DNA from: a virus
Lineage: Duplodnaviria > Caudoviricetes
DNA length: 49,646 nt
Reading direction: 5' to 3' (one strand)
IMG/VR virus record: IMGVR_UViG_3300008050_000064
Coordinates: 1 to 49,646 of that record
Positions 16,870-27,008 of the stretch are shown in pieces. The number at the start of each line of letters is the position of its first letter. Position 1 is the stretch's first letter. Both the position numbers and the translations under genes were made by a program. The notes under the pieces are model-generated. The model searched no databases. It was not told the DNA's origin and was given only the letters and a program-made list of their open reading frames with translations.

Positions 16870-16932
16870 CCACAACTGCCCAAACACTAAAAAAACCGCA
16901 CATATTCTGATAAATGTGTAGATAATCATAGT

Positions 16933-18225
16933 ATGGGTAATAATCCGCACATGCCTTCGCATTCAGTATCCGACAATGGCGATAAAGTCACAATACACGA
17001 CTTGGAACTATTTGTAGGACACATTGATGGCTTTGATGAAGACGATTCAGATATAAAAGACCTCGACACAGAGGCAATCGAATCTATCATCACAAAGACG
17101 AAAAGGCACATGAGCGCAGGAGCTAACCCAAAGCTAGTCTTGATGCACCAAGACGATAACGGGAACTCGCCAACAGAGTCAATCGGAGATATTGTCAAAA
17201 TACACTCAAAGCCTATACGGATTCTATGCGATGACAACTCTACATTTGAGGGCGCAGGTATTGTTGGCGATGTCGAGATGTCAAAGAAAGATTTTGAAAA
17301 ATATCTTGCATCTAATCAATACCCCAGAAGAAGTGCAGAAATCTGGGAAGACGGACATTTAAGTGAAGTGGCTTTGCTCGGTAGGGAAACTCCTGCCAGA
17401 CCACTTCGGGACACAAAGTTTACACGCACAGGTACTAAAAAGGTTTTTCATAGACCCGCAACCTTTGGAATGGTAGCACCTGGAAGTGGAAATACATACG
17501 TAACAGGGTCAGAACAAGAGGAACACGAGATGCCAGACATCACAATGCCAGACCACGAAGAAGATGCAAGCTTGAAAAAAGACCTGCTCTCCAAATATCG
17601 TGCTGAGAACGATGAGTTAAAGGACAAGATTTCCAAACTAGAAGCGCAAATGGCTGAAACAGAACCACCTTCAGAAGATGAAGAAGAAATGATGTTTGAT
17701 GCTGAAATGCTAGATGAGGAAATGCCAGAAGAAGAAAAATTTTGCAAAGGCGAACACTGTGAAGATGAAGACGAAGAAGTAAAACAAGAGTTCAAAAAAC
17801 TTCGCAAATCTGCATCTGGAACTAAGCTTCTACGCACATATTCCCGCATTAAAAGGCAACGAGATTTGTACAAGAAACGCCTTGACGGAATGGCTAATAA
17901 GGTGAAGAAAGAACGATTCAATCGAGCATTGGACAATCTTGCTTCACAAGGCTACCTCGTAAAAGCACACAGAGATGTAATGCTTGCAGAGTTGATGGGA
18001 TGCAAAGACCCAGTTGCAAAATTAAAGTTCTGGAAATCAACGATGAAACGAGTACCAGTTGGCAAAAAAGTCAATACTAAAAATACTCGGCAACGAACAA
18101 AAGTAAACTTCAGTATTGACCAGAAGAAACAAGCTTCTGAAAATGCTGTAAAACGAATTGCCCAAGAAGGTCTTGAAGCAACACAGTTCCAAAAAGTCTA
18201 CCAAGAAGAACTCCGTAAATCTTAA
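16933..18225 (+). CDS. prohead protease/scaffold, Mu-like (start may be 16951)
   Basis: MH, YPRRSAEI...LSEVALLG..P motifs followed by an acidic/coiled-coil scaffold; position between MuF and capsid. Confidence 0.75.
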   Translation: MGNNPHMPSHSVSDNGDKVTIHDLELFVGHIDGFDEDDSDIKDLDTEAIESIITKTKRHMSAGANPKLVLMHQDDNGNSPTESIGDIVKIHSKPIRILCDDNSTFEGAGIVGDVEMSKKDFEKYLASNQYPRRSAEIWEDGHLSEVALLGRETPARPLRDTKFTRTGTKKVFHRPATFGMVAPGSGNTYVTGSEQEEHEMPDITMPDHEEDASLKKDLLSKYRAENDELKDKISKLEAQMAETEPPSEDEEEMMFDAEMLDEEMPEEEKFCKGEHCEDEDEEVKQEFKKLRKSASGTKLLRTYSRIKRQRDLYKKRLDGMANKVKKERFNRALDNLASQGYLVKAHRDVMLAELMGCKDPVAKLKFWKSTMKRVPVGKKVNTKNTRQRTKVNFSIDQKKQASENAVKRIAQEGLEATQFQKVYQEELRKS

Positions 18226-18247
18226 CTAACAAGAGAGAAATATCATA

Positions 18248-18652
18248 ATGACACATTCAATACAACCAAACCTAGAGGCGGGTGGAACAATTCGTCCATA
18301 CCGTATCATAAAAGTATCTACATCCGCAGATAACCAATGCCTCGAATCCGATGCAAATGAATTATCTATCGGAGTAGTTGCAGGAAGCACTCGTCAATTC
18401 GATTCAGCAAACCACGCAGAAGATGGCGACCATGTAACTTTGCAAATGGGTTCAATCGTCAATGTAGAATGCGGTGGGTCTATTACTCGTGGCAATAGTA
18501 TCGAAAGCGATGCAGATGGCAAAGCGGTAGCAGAAACCGCATCAGGCACATTAAATCGACACACCTGCGGTATAGCGTTAGAGTCAGGTTCAAGCGGAGA
18601 AATAATCCGTATGCTTTGGCGACCGAAAACCGCACGACACGACCTTTCATAA
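18248..18652 (+). CDS. head decoration/cement protein (DUF2190-like)
   Basis: Small Gly/Ala-rich beta protein, V.CGGSITRG..IESDADGKAV...GIALE. Confidence 0.7.
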   Translation: MTHSIQPNLEAGGTIRPYRIIKVSTSADNQCLESDANELSIGVVAGSTRQFDSANHAEDGDHVTLQMGSIVNVECGGSITRGNSIESDADGKAVAETASGTLNRHTCGIALESGSSGEIIRMLWRPKTARHDLS

Positions 18653-18687
18653 TAACTAATAACACTTAAAGAAAAAGAGATACCAAA

Positions 18688-19710
18688 ATGGCAGAAGTAG
18701 CACCAGGACAAGCAAACACCTATGTCCCTACATTCAGTGAAGCGACAGGATTAGTACAGGTTGAGTTTTCACGCAACCCAAGTTCCTTCGCAGTAAACCA
18801 ATACGCAAAATTAGTTCCTGTATCAAAAGATACTGGCTACTACCTCAAGATTGATGAAGAAGAACAAGCACGAGTCGTCAGCACCTCCGATTGGGTTTGG
18901 GGCGATGGCAACGATGCGCCAGAAGGCATCCAACAAGACCACGAGTTCAGCACATTCAGAACTCAACGTCATGCACCAACTTTTCAACTCGGACAGAAAT
19001 CAGCAGGTAATGCCGACTTCGATGTAATCGCATCACACGCTAGAATGTCGGCATCAAAGTGTATGCGTATTCGTTCATACCGATGCGCTGAAGCTCTTAC
19101 TACAACAGGTAACTGGGTAACAGGCACAACTGACACAGCAACTAATATTGGCGGTGGTAAGTGGAGTTCAGCAACATCATCAAACAACTACATTCAAAAG
19201 TCATTTAATGGCGTAGTTGAAGCAATCCTTTCTAACACTAACGAAGCAGTTACAGCAAAAGACATCACAGCAGTAATGTCCGACCAAACCGCACACGCAA
19301 TCACAGAATCTGCGGAATATCGCACGTATTTCCAAGGAAGTCCGTTCTCAGCAAACTTTGTTCGTGGCGCAGGAGAATTTGATGAGTTCCTACTCCTTTC
19401 AACATTCTTTGGCGTTGGTGGAATTATTGTAGACCCAACTAGCCGAGTTACAAATCGTAAAGGTGGCACGAAAGCACGTTCACGAATCTTTGATGACGAT
19501 TGTGTATTCGTTTCACGAGTTGGTGGTCAAATGGGAACAGAAGGCGTTCCAGATTTCTCAACACTTTCAATCTTTGCTTATGAAGATATGACCGTAGAAA
19601 CCGAAGATGACACATGGAATCGTAGAATACGAGGTCGTGTAGTTGATGATTCAGCAGTGGTTCTAACTGCACCTCTAAGTGGGTACTTACTCCAAGACGT
19701 GTGGGACTAA
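18688..19710 (+). CDS. major capsid protein
   Basis: 340 aa, follows scaffold and decoration genes, ends P.SGYLLQDV, followed by a terminator. Confidence 0.8.
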   Translation: MAEVAPGQANTYVPTFSEATGLVQVEFSRNPSSFAVNQYAKLVPVSKDTGYYLKIDEEEQARVVSTSDWVWGDGNDAPEGIQQDHEFSTFRTQRHAPTFQLGQKSAGNADFDVIASHARMSASKCMRIRSYRCAEALTTTGNWVTGTTDTATNIGGGKWSSATSSNNYIQKSFNGVVEAILSNTNEAVTAKDITAVMSDQTAHAITESAEYRTYFQGSPFSANFVRGAGEFDEFLLLSTFFGVGGIIVDPTSRVTNRKGGTKARSRIFDDDCVFVSRVGGQMGTEGVPDFSTLSIFAYEDMTVETEDDTWNRRIRGRVVDDSAVVLTAPLSGYLLQDVWD

Positions 19711-19815
19711 TTAGGACACAAATAGTTTTAATCGTTCCCCCTCTGGTTACCTCCTCCAAGATTCGGGGAATTGATTAAGACATATTGGGTTACGATTAAC
19801 CCGACCCCCTACGAG

Positions 19816-19847
19816 GGCGGGAGGGATTTTCCCTCTCGCCTTCTTTT
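19816..19847 (+). terminator. rho-independent terminator after capsid gene
   Basis: GGCGGGAGGGA/TCCCTCTCGCC stem followed by TTCTTTT. Confidence 0.75.
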
Positions 19848-19858
19848 ATGGAGATTAC

Positions 19859-20350
19859 ATGGCACAAGCAACTTACATCACAGCATCCGAACTAGCAGAG
19901 TCTTTTGATTCTAGGATGATTAAACAATTGTCTTCGTATACGGGAAGTCCACAATCTAGCGTGGACAACTCAACTGTAACGAATGCTATTGAAAAAGCAT
20001 CTTCAGAAGTTGAGTCTTATGCGTTGCGTGGTGGTCTTTACACATCTACTAATTTGTCTGATTTACAAACCTCGGACGATTGGGCTTTAAAAACACTTGT
20101 TTCCACCTTGACAATGAAACATTTGTTTCGTGGCAAAACGGGTCAAATACCACCTGACATGATTGCAATGGTTGGAGAAGCTACAGCGACTCTTGAAGAA
20201 TTGCGGGAAGGCAAGAGGGTGTTCAATCTAAGTACCACCCACGATGCAGGTAAGGCAAAGGCGTTTACTATTAGCTCAAACGTGAGAAGTAATTTAAATA
20301 TGCCTTCTGATGGCATGAACTTCCCTAGAAGGATTACCAATAAATACTAA
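19859..20350 (+). CDS. head-tail adaptor, Mu gp36/DUF1320-like
   Basis: YITASEL...IKQLS...AIEKASSEVESY...LEELREGK. Confidence 0.8.
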   Translation: MAQATYITASELAESFDSRMIKQLSSYTGSPQSSVDNSTVTNAIEKASSEVESYALRGGLYTSTNLSDLQTSDDWALKTLVSTLTMKHLFRGKTGQIPPDMIAMVGEATATLEELREGKRVFNLSTTHDAGKAKAFTISSNVRSNLNMPSDGMNFPRRITNKY

Positions 20351-20970
20351 TGGCAACACTACGCATTAAATCCAGTGAACTTGGTGGTGCTTTGATGACA
20401 CGAATTACCGACTTGGTAAATAGCCAAGAGCTATCTACTGTGTTGGTTGATAGGGCTAAAACTAGAATTAGAAACCAAGGCGACTCAACACATAAGTACG
20501 AGGAGCTTTGGGCAACAAGGTTTAGCGCAGGATACAGAAAAGGTGGAAAAGCATTACGTGACACTGGTGTTCTAATGTCCAACCTGCACTCGGAATCTTT
20601 AAAAAATTCGACAAATAGGGTTCGGTGGATTCTTAAAGACGGAACGGGATATGGTTTAAAACACCAAGAGGGTTACACAGTCAGAGGACCAATTGCTATA
20701 CCCCTTAACAAAAAGTGTGCAAGCATTCTAGCTCGGCTTGGCGACCCTCCCCATGACATTAGTGCTATTCCAGATTTTTTAGAAGAAGCACCTAGTTTGA
20801 AAGAGGCTCAAAAAGGTAGTAACGCATCTATTAAATGGGACTATTATGTAATAGATTATGAAGGCGATATGGAAGTAAAGCCAAGAAAGATTGCGAATGC
20901 TCCACCAGAAGACATTAAAGCTATATCAAGAGTAATAAAAAGAAGAATTAGAAAACAAGGACAAAAATAA
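20350..20970 (+). CDS. virion morphogenesis protein, Mu gpG-like
   Basis: GGKALRDTGVLMSNL...YG..HQEG. Confidence 0.7.
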   Translation: MATLRIKSSELGGALMTRITDLVNSQELSTVLVDRAKTRIRNQGDSTHKYEELWATRFSAGYRKGGKALRDTGVLMSNLHSESLKNSTNRVRWILKDGTGYGLKHQEGYTVRGPIAIPLNKKCASILARLGDPPHDISAIPDFLEEAPSLKEAQKGSNASIKWDYYVIDYEGDMEVKPRKIANAPPEDIKAISRVIKRRIRKQGQK

Positions 20971-20971
20971 A

Positions 20972-21538
20972 ATGGCAAACATTTTTAACATAAGCGGAGC
21001 TACAACCGTCCAATATGATACAAGCAGTACTGCGGGGTCAAGTTTTAGTGGGACGGCTTTAGGACAAACCGACAGTAACGATTTAATTTCATTTGAACTA
21101 GAGTATTTTAAAGAGCCAATCCACACGACAGAGTTTGGTCCTCATATACCCGCCCAATACGTCAATCATGGTGCGTTGGGCTATTTAAGCATGACATTAG
21201 TTAAGTGGGACTTAGATGCACTAGAAGATTTAACACAAATGTTGCCTGGCACAATAGTTGAATCATCCATCGGTAATATAGGTGCATTGATGCTTGGTGC
21301 TGATACAGCCGTAGGTGTTGCAGACCAAACATATTCGGCAGGTGGGCAATGTGCTATCAAACTTGTGACCAGTATTGGAAGCGACTACACTTTTCGCAAC
21401 TGTATTATAGACGGTAGAATCAGGGTTATGGACTTCGGAAATAGACCACAGAGATTGGCTTTAAATTTCCTTTGCTTGCCATTTGCAGAATCAGACGGCA
21501 ATTTAACAGACGGAAGCGTAATTTACACAGAATCTTAA
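20972..21538 (+). CDS. putative tail tube protein
   Basis: 188-aa Gly/Ser/Thr-rich protein immediately before a frameshifting chaperone pair. Confidence 0.6.
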   Translation: MANIFNISGATTVQYDTSSTAGSSFSGTALGQTDSNDLISFELEYFKEPIHTTEFGPHIPAQYVNHGALGYLSMTLVKWDLDALEDLTQMLPGTIVESSIGNIGALMLGADTAVGVADQTYSAGGQCAIKLVTSIGSDYTFRNCIIDGRIRVMDFGNRPQRLALNFLCLPFAESDGNLTDGSVIYTES

Positions 21539-21560
21539 TTTTTAACAGGAGGATATTTTA

Positions 21561-21830
21561 ATGAAAGTAATTGAAACAAGCAACGATGACCATGTATTCC
21601 AAGTCACAGTTAAAAACAAGGGCATTATATTTATTGATGGGTTTGAATTGGCATCAAGATGTGCGGAGATACCAGGCGTTGATGATGGCAATGCAAAAGC
21701 CACAGATATTGCACAGGCAGTTTCAGATGTTGGGTGGAGCGAGTCGCAAATGTCTAGTTTCAATAGCCACGAATTGTTTTCGGTCGGCTCAAAAGTGTTG
21801 GTGGCAATTGAAAACATGGGAAAGTCGTAG
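21561..21830 (+). CDS. tail assembly chaperone (lambda G-like)
   Basis: AGGAGG SD; ends G GGA AAG TCG TAG. Confidence 0.75.
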   Translation: MKVIETSNDDHVFQVTVKNKGIIFIDGFELASRCAEIPGVDDGNAKATDIAQAVSDVGWSESQMSSFNSHELFSVGSKVLVAIENMGKS

Positions 21831-22096
21831 AACCGTATGCAAATTTTGCCAAAGTATATGGTTGGTGTCCAAATGTCAGGGGCTTGTCAAGAGGAGAAGT
21901 CGAACTTGGTTTAATGGCAAGAATTACGAAGATGAGAGCATTAACTTGTTTGGAATACTTCCAAGGTGTTGGAGCAATACTAAATCCAGAAGTTCTTGTG
22001 GGACTAGCATCTCAAGCAGGATTACCAGATAACGAATTGGTTAAATTACAAATGAACATAAATAAGCAGAATATGAGGAATCAATCATGGCAGTAG
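21818..22096 (+). CDS. -1 frameshift extension of tail chaperone (lambda T-like)
   Basis: GGGAAAG slippery heptamer at 21818-21824; the -1 frame is open to 22096. Confidence 0.75.
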   Translation, partial: GKVVEPYANFAKVYGWCPNVRGLSRGEVELGLMARITKMRALTCLEYFQGVGAILNPEVLVGLASQAGLPDNELVKLQMNINKQNMRNQSWQ

Positions 22097-23460
22097 CATT
22101 AGAAACATCAAACGGTCTATTTAAAAGACTAGGAAAACTATTTTTTATTGCAAGAAAAGTTGAAGCGCATCAAGGCACAGGTTCAGGAAGTTTGGCAGAT
22201 GAAATCGAAGATGTTGTGGATGAATTTACTTCGGCTGACATGCACATGGTTTCTGATTTTACAGCGAAAGATGCCATCTTAAATTGGCAAAAAAGTGCGG
22301 GTGACATTATGTACACAATTTCAAACATCGCAAAGCGATGCGTTATTGAAATGGTAAACGATGACACAACCTTGAACCAAAAAACATTACGGCAAGCATT
22401 GGAAGAACTTGTAGACCAAATGAGTACCTCGGCTCATGTTGAAGATGCGGTCTTTTCATTAGGTGGCGATGATTCACCCACCAGTTTTACGGGTACAGGT
22501 AGTGGCAGATACTTCACTTCTACATCCAATGGCGAGGGTAAAAAATTCCAATACTTGCGAGTAGGTGGCACGACACTTGAGTGTGTAAAAGATGCACAGG
22601 TTTCTGGAACAGCAGGGCGTGAAAGCTTTACTCTTATGAGCGACAAGGCAATATCAGATATTCGTGACCCTGCATTTCCAGGTGGTTACGGAAGTACCAA
22701 CACCATTGCGGTATCAGACCCAACATATTCGCAGTCCAATGCTGTTGGTCGTAACATGTTAAATAATGGAGATTTTGAAACCTTCACAGTGGCTAACACA
22801 CCAGACAACTGGACAGTGGCGACAGGCACTATTGGCACAACACTTTTAGAAAACACAGGTTATCACAGGGGTGCTAAATGTTTACGTATTAAGGGTGACG
22901 GCTCACAGCTTACAAAAATTACTCAAACATTTAATACAGCAGGACAGACTACTGCAAAGTTTAAACCCGAAACCAGATATGGATTATGCTTTTGGATTAA
23001 AGTAGATGCGGGTGTATCAGCAGGAGTTTTAAAAATACGTATTTACAAAGCAGACGGCTCAACAGTTTTAGATACTGCTGATGAGTCTGTTACTTTAACA
23101 GGGTTGGTGGATGACTTCTGGACTGCGAAGGCAGTAACATTTTCAACCCCATTAGTGCTAGATTCTAGTTACAGCATAAGTGTAGAACTAACAACGGCTG
23201 TGACAAACAATGGAAACGTATACATAGACGGCTTGCAAGTAATAAGGATGCAACATTTAACCAACGAGTCAAGTTTCCATATTGCAGTTATTCCAGGCGC
23301 AACGGATTTCATTTTAGAAGATGTGGCTAAAGTTACTATTACTCAGTCCACAACCAGTGAGTTTCAAAAATACTTAAATAAGTTTTTAGGTCTTGAGGAT
23401 TTGGGTATACAAATACCCTATCACACATCCGCTTCTATTGCGGATAGTTTGATTGCGTAA
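22087..23460 (+). CDS. virion protein with carbohydrate-binding-module-like C-terminal domain
   Basis: NMLNNGDFE...PDNWT...YIDGLQV pattern of galactose-binding-like jelly rolls. Confidence 0.6.
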   Translation: MAVALETSNGLFKRLGKLFFIARKVEAHQGTGSGSLADEIEDVVDEFTSADMHMVSDFTAKDAILNWQKSAGDIMYTISNIAKRCVIEMVNDDTTLNQKTLRQALEELVDQMSTSAHVEDAVFSLGGDDSPTSFTGTGSGRYFTSTSNGEGKKFQYLRVGGTTLECVKDAQVSGTAGRESFTLMSDKAISDIRDPAFPGGYGSTNTIAVSDPTYSQSNAVGRNMLNNGDFETFTVANTPDNWTVATGTIGTTLLENTGYHRGAKCLRIKGDGSQLTKITQTFNTAGQTTAKFKPETRYGLCFWIKVDAGVSAGVLKIRIYKADGSTVLDTADESVTLTGLVDDFWTAKAVTFSTPLVLDSSYSISVELTTAVTNNGNVYIDGLQVIRMQHLTNESSFHIAVIPGATDFILEDVAKVTITQSTTSEFQKYLNKFLGLEDLGIQIPYHTSASIADSLIA

Positions 23461-23466
23461 TACTTT

Positions 23467-23922
23467 ATGGCAACTACTACGCAAAGAGAAGTCTATGAGG
23501 GTTTGCTAACCGACCTAAAAACTGTATCTGATGTGCATGATGATTTTATCTACATCACGCCAATGCCTGTGTTTTCCCCTGCGGATTCGCTTTTTATACA
23601 GCTTATTCCTGGAGTTCCACTACCACAAACTGAGGTTTCGGGACTAGGTTTGGTGGAAGAAACATTTAAAGTAGCTGTATGGACTAGGGTGTTTCTTGAC
23701 CAATCTGGACACTCTACCGAAAGAATTACCGATGCAACATTTGGTGTAATGAAAACAATAGGCGATGTTCGTCAGGTGTTAATACACTCGACTGCAAATG
23801 GCGAATCAACAATACCTGTCCGTTGGATTTCTGGTTCAACGCCAACAGAATCAGATGCAGAACCAGGTTGGGTATATTACGAAGATACTTACCAGGTAGG
23901 ATACGAAATAGTCTGGAGTTAA
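23467..23922 (+). CDS. putative tail terminator/completion protein
   Basis: 151 aa; size, beta pattern and position. Confidence 0.45.
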   Translation: MATTTQREVYEGLLTDLKTVSDVHDDFIYITPMPVFSPADSLFIQLIPGVPLPQTEVSGLGLVEETFKVAVWTRVFLDQSGHSTERITDATFGVMKTIGDVRQVLIHSTANGESTIPVRWISGSTPTESDAEPGWVYYEDTYQVGYEIVWS

Positions 23923-23923
23923 A

Positions 23924-25024
23924 ATGGCTGAAAATCTTGGAACAATTGATATAGCGGTAAAGGCAGACGAATCACAAGTCAAAGAAACTTTTGATAAAGC
24001 TTTAGGTGACGGTGGTAAAAAAGCGGGTAAGTCAATTTCCGATTCCCTAAGTTCAATAATGGGTAAAACAGGGAAGAAAATAGGCGACCTAACACACAAA
24101 GCACTTGGCAAAGTATATGGCGTTGGTGGCATGCGTGGTCCTGAGTCTGGACCAACAAAGTACGGTAGTGCTTTTGGGTCGAGCATGAAGGGTTCTATGG
24201 CAGGGACTCGAATAGGTGCAATTGCGGGTCGTATTGGGGCAATCGCAGGACCAATTGCGGTTGTGGCGGGTGTTGTGATTTCTCTAGGGGTCATTGTTAA
24301 AAAAATAATTTCCGCGTTTATTGGCTTGGCAAAAACACTATCGTCAATGGCACATAAATATGCGGGTATAAATGCAGAGATGGCTGTTTTGTCTGCAAAG
24401 AAAAAGGTCGGTGGGCTTGCGAGGGATATGCGATTTGCACACATGATTGCACCCGCCACGAAAGAAGCATCAAAAGCTTTGAGTGGGTTGAAAGATGCGG
24501 TACTTCCACTCAAGGCGTATGCTATGACAGTTTTACAAATGCTAGGAACAGAGGTTATAGGTATTGTCACAGATATATTAAAGTCTTTGGGTGAACTTCT
24601 TGTCACTTTTGGTCCTCTTATCGAAGCCGTTTTGATGCTAACTAGGGTTATATTAAGAATGTTACGTATTATTTTTACGATAAGAAGTAATCCAATTGGT
24701 TTTTTGCAGGGCTTAATAACTGGAAAGTCATTTGATATGTTCAATTTCAACGACCTAAAAGAGGGTATTGAAGGAACGAACACAGCACTAGGTAGAATAC
24801 TCAAAGAGATTAAAGATGGCAAAGACGACCAGTGGATAGAAAACTGGAATGCTTACATGGCTAATGTTGGCGCACAACTCTCAGGCGGTGCTTGGAATCC
24901 AAAGTTTAATACCCAAGCTCAAACAGTTCCTTCAAACGGTAGTAATTCACCATCATCGTCATCATTGAATACAGGTTTAACAATTGGTTCGTGGCTTTTA
25001 AGCAATGGGCTTAGGTGGATGTGA
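23924..25024 (+). CDS. short tape-measure-like protein
   Basis: MAENLGTIDIAVKAD N-terminus; Gly/Ala/Lys-rich amphipathic helices and hydrophobic segments. Confidence 0.7.
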   Translation: MAENLGTIDIAVKADESQVKETFDKALGDGGKKAGKSISDSLSSIMGKTGKKIGDLTHKALGKVYGVGGMRGPESGPTKYGSAFGSSMKGSMAGTRIGAIAGRIGAIAGPIAVVAGVVISLGVIVKKIISAFIGLAKTLSSMAHKYAGINAEMAVLSAKKKVGGLARDMRFAHMIAPATKEASKALSGLKDAVLPLKAYAMTVLQMLGTEVIGIVTDILKSLGELLVTFGPLIEAVLMLTRVILRMLRIIFTIRSNPIGFLQGLITGKSFDMFNFNDLKEGIEGTNTALGRILKEIKDGKDDQWIENWNAYMANVGAQLSGGAWNPKFNTQAQTVPSNGSNSPSSSSLNTGLTIGSWLLSNGLRWM

Positions 25025-25025
25025 C

Positions 25026-26996
25026 ATGGCTTACAAAATAACGTACAACAATTTTGGGTCAGAGGGTTCTGGAAATACTAAGTGGACTCACATACGCATT
25101 GCCAACTATTCAAGCAGTCCATTGTTTGCAGATGATACTCAAACGCACTGGACAACCGAGCATACGATTTCGGGAACAGCTTTGTTAAATGTTGTTGAAA
25201 ATGATTTACTTACCTCAATAGATAAGTGCAGAACACATCTATCTAAAGTTGGTCGCAACTTAGTAATTAAAGAGGATACCACCACGATTACCAGTGTTGG
25301 CAACAATGACTTCGACAAAGTTGATGGGTTGGCGTTGCCATACTCAGATTCTAGTGGCGCAGAATACAACTTTGCAGGAAATACTGATGCGGTCGGTTTC
25401 CCGAAGTGCGATTTTGAAATAAATGAATTTTATGGAACTGCAAACGCAATGGTTTCGTTCACCTTTACGTGGGTCGAATCAATGAATGATGGAAGTGCAG
25501 ATGAAGATTTATCTTATTCAGTTCTTTCCCACGTTTGGAAACAAACATTCACGATTGCCGAGGGAGGGTTACAGACTTGGAGAGTTAATGGAACATTAAG
25601 GATTAAACCCTATGCGCCCGTTCCAGGTACTTCTGGGTCTGCGGATTTAGGAAGAAACCCAGACTCATACAGAAATCTGGTTATGCCCAGTGTTCCACCA
25701 ACATTTAGATTAAAGTCTATGGAGTGGGCAACCAACCAACAGGGCGACACTTTGTTGTACTCTCTAGTATTTCAAGAACACGCAAGAAGATTGCCTAGTC
25801 CCGCAAAAAGAGGTTCGGGTTCGTTTACGTTTAAGAAAATGTTAGATGCAGGTGCGGGGCTTTTGGGGATAAAAACTTTTGAAGCAGAGCTAGAAGGTGG
25901 TGCAAATGCAAAGACTACGGATTTACTTGCAAGTCTTCTTGATGCAAGCACAAAAAGAATACAGTGGACAGGGGCTACAAAAGATTTAATAACATCTCTT
26001 ACGATTAGCGAACGAGATATATTTTCAAAAAAGGTAATAGGTTTGCGGGTTACTGCCCAAGGTTTAGATACAAATGTTACGGGTTTACTTAGGGGAGGTT
26101 CTTTTACTAATTTAAACTTTGGGATACTAGGAGATTTTGTCACTGACACCAACATTGCAACGTCTGGTAGCGAGTGGGGAGATGCTTTAATATGTTCGTT
26201 CAAACGACAAATGTTTATTCCGTATGCGGGATATGATGGCGGTGATTTTCCTAAAGCGCAGTTGATGACTATGCCAGGTAGCCCGCATACGGGAAGTGGT
26301 GGTATTACGGGTGGACAAAATAATCAAGGAACTGTAGTTGAAGATATTTACAATCTGGATGAAATAGACTTAGGGAAGCCAGTACCGACTCCCAAGGCAG
26401 AAGATTTGCTAGGAGAGGAATTTGGAGAAGAAGCGCAATCTCCAGATGCTATTGCTCATAAGTACATGAATGTTACTGGTATCGAACGAGTAACTATTCA
26501 GCAAAACATAGCTGTTACCTCTACGAATGCTATGGTTTCAAAGCACATACCAATTACAACTGGTCCACCAGATATATATATAACGAGTGAATATACATTG
26601 ACACGTAGCGGTTCTCCACCACCAATGTTGCATTTTGGTGTAAACAAAAATCACATTACTGTTGATGAACAAACGTCAGTAACCGCAGGTGAAATAGATG
26701 CTAGTGGCAACAGGGTTTACACAAGGACGATAAACCGAACACTTCGATACCTCTATGGTCATGGTGGTGGTGGTGGGGTTGATGAAGGTGAAACAATACC
26801 AATAACCTATTATCTTGGCGAGGAAGCTACTTTGACCGTTTGTTTCAACAATCCAGTAGGATACGTTATGTCAAGACCGTTTGACCCAAGAACCGATAGT
26901 GAAATAGACATAAAGGGTTCTACTATATGGAATCCAAGTACAAATTTTGGGGAAACGTATGAACTTGATTTTAGTATTCCAGTAGGGCAAATTTGA
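25026..26996 (+). CDS. putative tail tip/baseplate protein
   Basis: Long beta-rich ORF after the tape-measure-like gene. Confidence 0.5.
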   Translation: MAYKITYNNFGSEGSGNTKWTHIRIANYSSSPLFADDTQTHWTTEHTISGTALLNVVENDLLTSIDKCRTHLSKVGRNLVIKEDTTTITSVGNNDFDKVDGLALPYSDSSGAEYNFAGNTDAVGFPKCDFEINEFYGTANAMVSFTFTWVESMNDGSADEDLSYSVLSHVWKQTFTIAEGGLQTWRVNGTLRIKPYAPVPGTSGSADLGRNPDSYRNLVMPSVPPTFRLKSMEWATNQQGDTLLYSLVFQEHARRLPSPAKRGSGSFTFKKMLDAGAGLLGIKTFEAELEGGANAKTTDLLASLLDASTKRIQWTGATKDLITSLTISERDIFSKKVIGLRVTAQGLDTNVTGLLRGGSFTNLNFGILGDFVTDTNIATSGSEWGDALICSFKRQMFIPYAGYDGGDFPKAQLMTMPGSPHTGSGGITGGQNNQGTVVEDIYNLDEIDLGKPVPTPKAEDLLGEEFGEEAQSPDAIAHKYMNVTGIERVTIQQNIAVTSTNAMVSKHIPITTGPPDIYITSEYTLTRSGSPPPMLHFGVNKNHITVDEQTSVTAGEIDASGNRVYTRTINRTLRYLYGHGGGGGVDEGETIPITYYLGEEATLTVCFNNPVGYVMSRPFDPRTDSEIDIKGSTIWNPSTNFGETYELDFSIPVGQI

Positions 26997-27008
26997 CAAG
27001 GAGGTTAT

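Noticed and set aside
7873-20970. Transposable Mu-like phage
   Set aside because: Only morphogenesis genes are Mu-like; no MuA/MuB is seen, and replication genes are Rep/Sak type.
23851-24822. 323-aa minus-strand ORF (and similar antisense ORFs such as 17448-17936 and 41511-42077)
   Set aside because: Shadow frames of well-supported + strand genes, with no motifs or SD.
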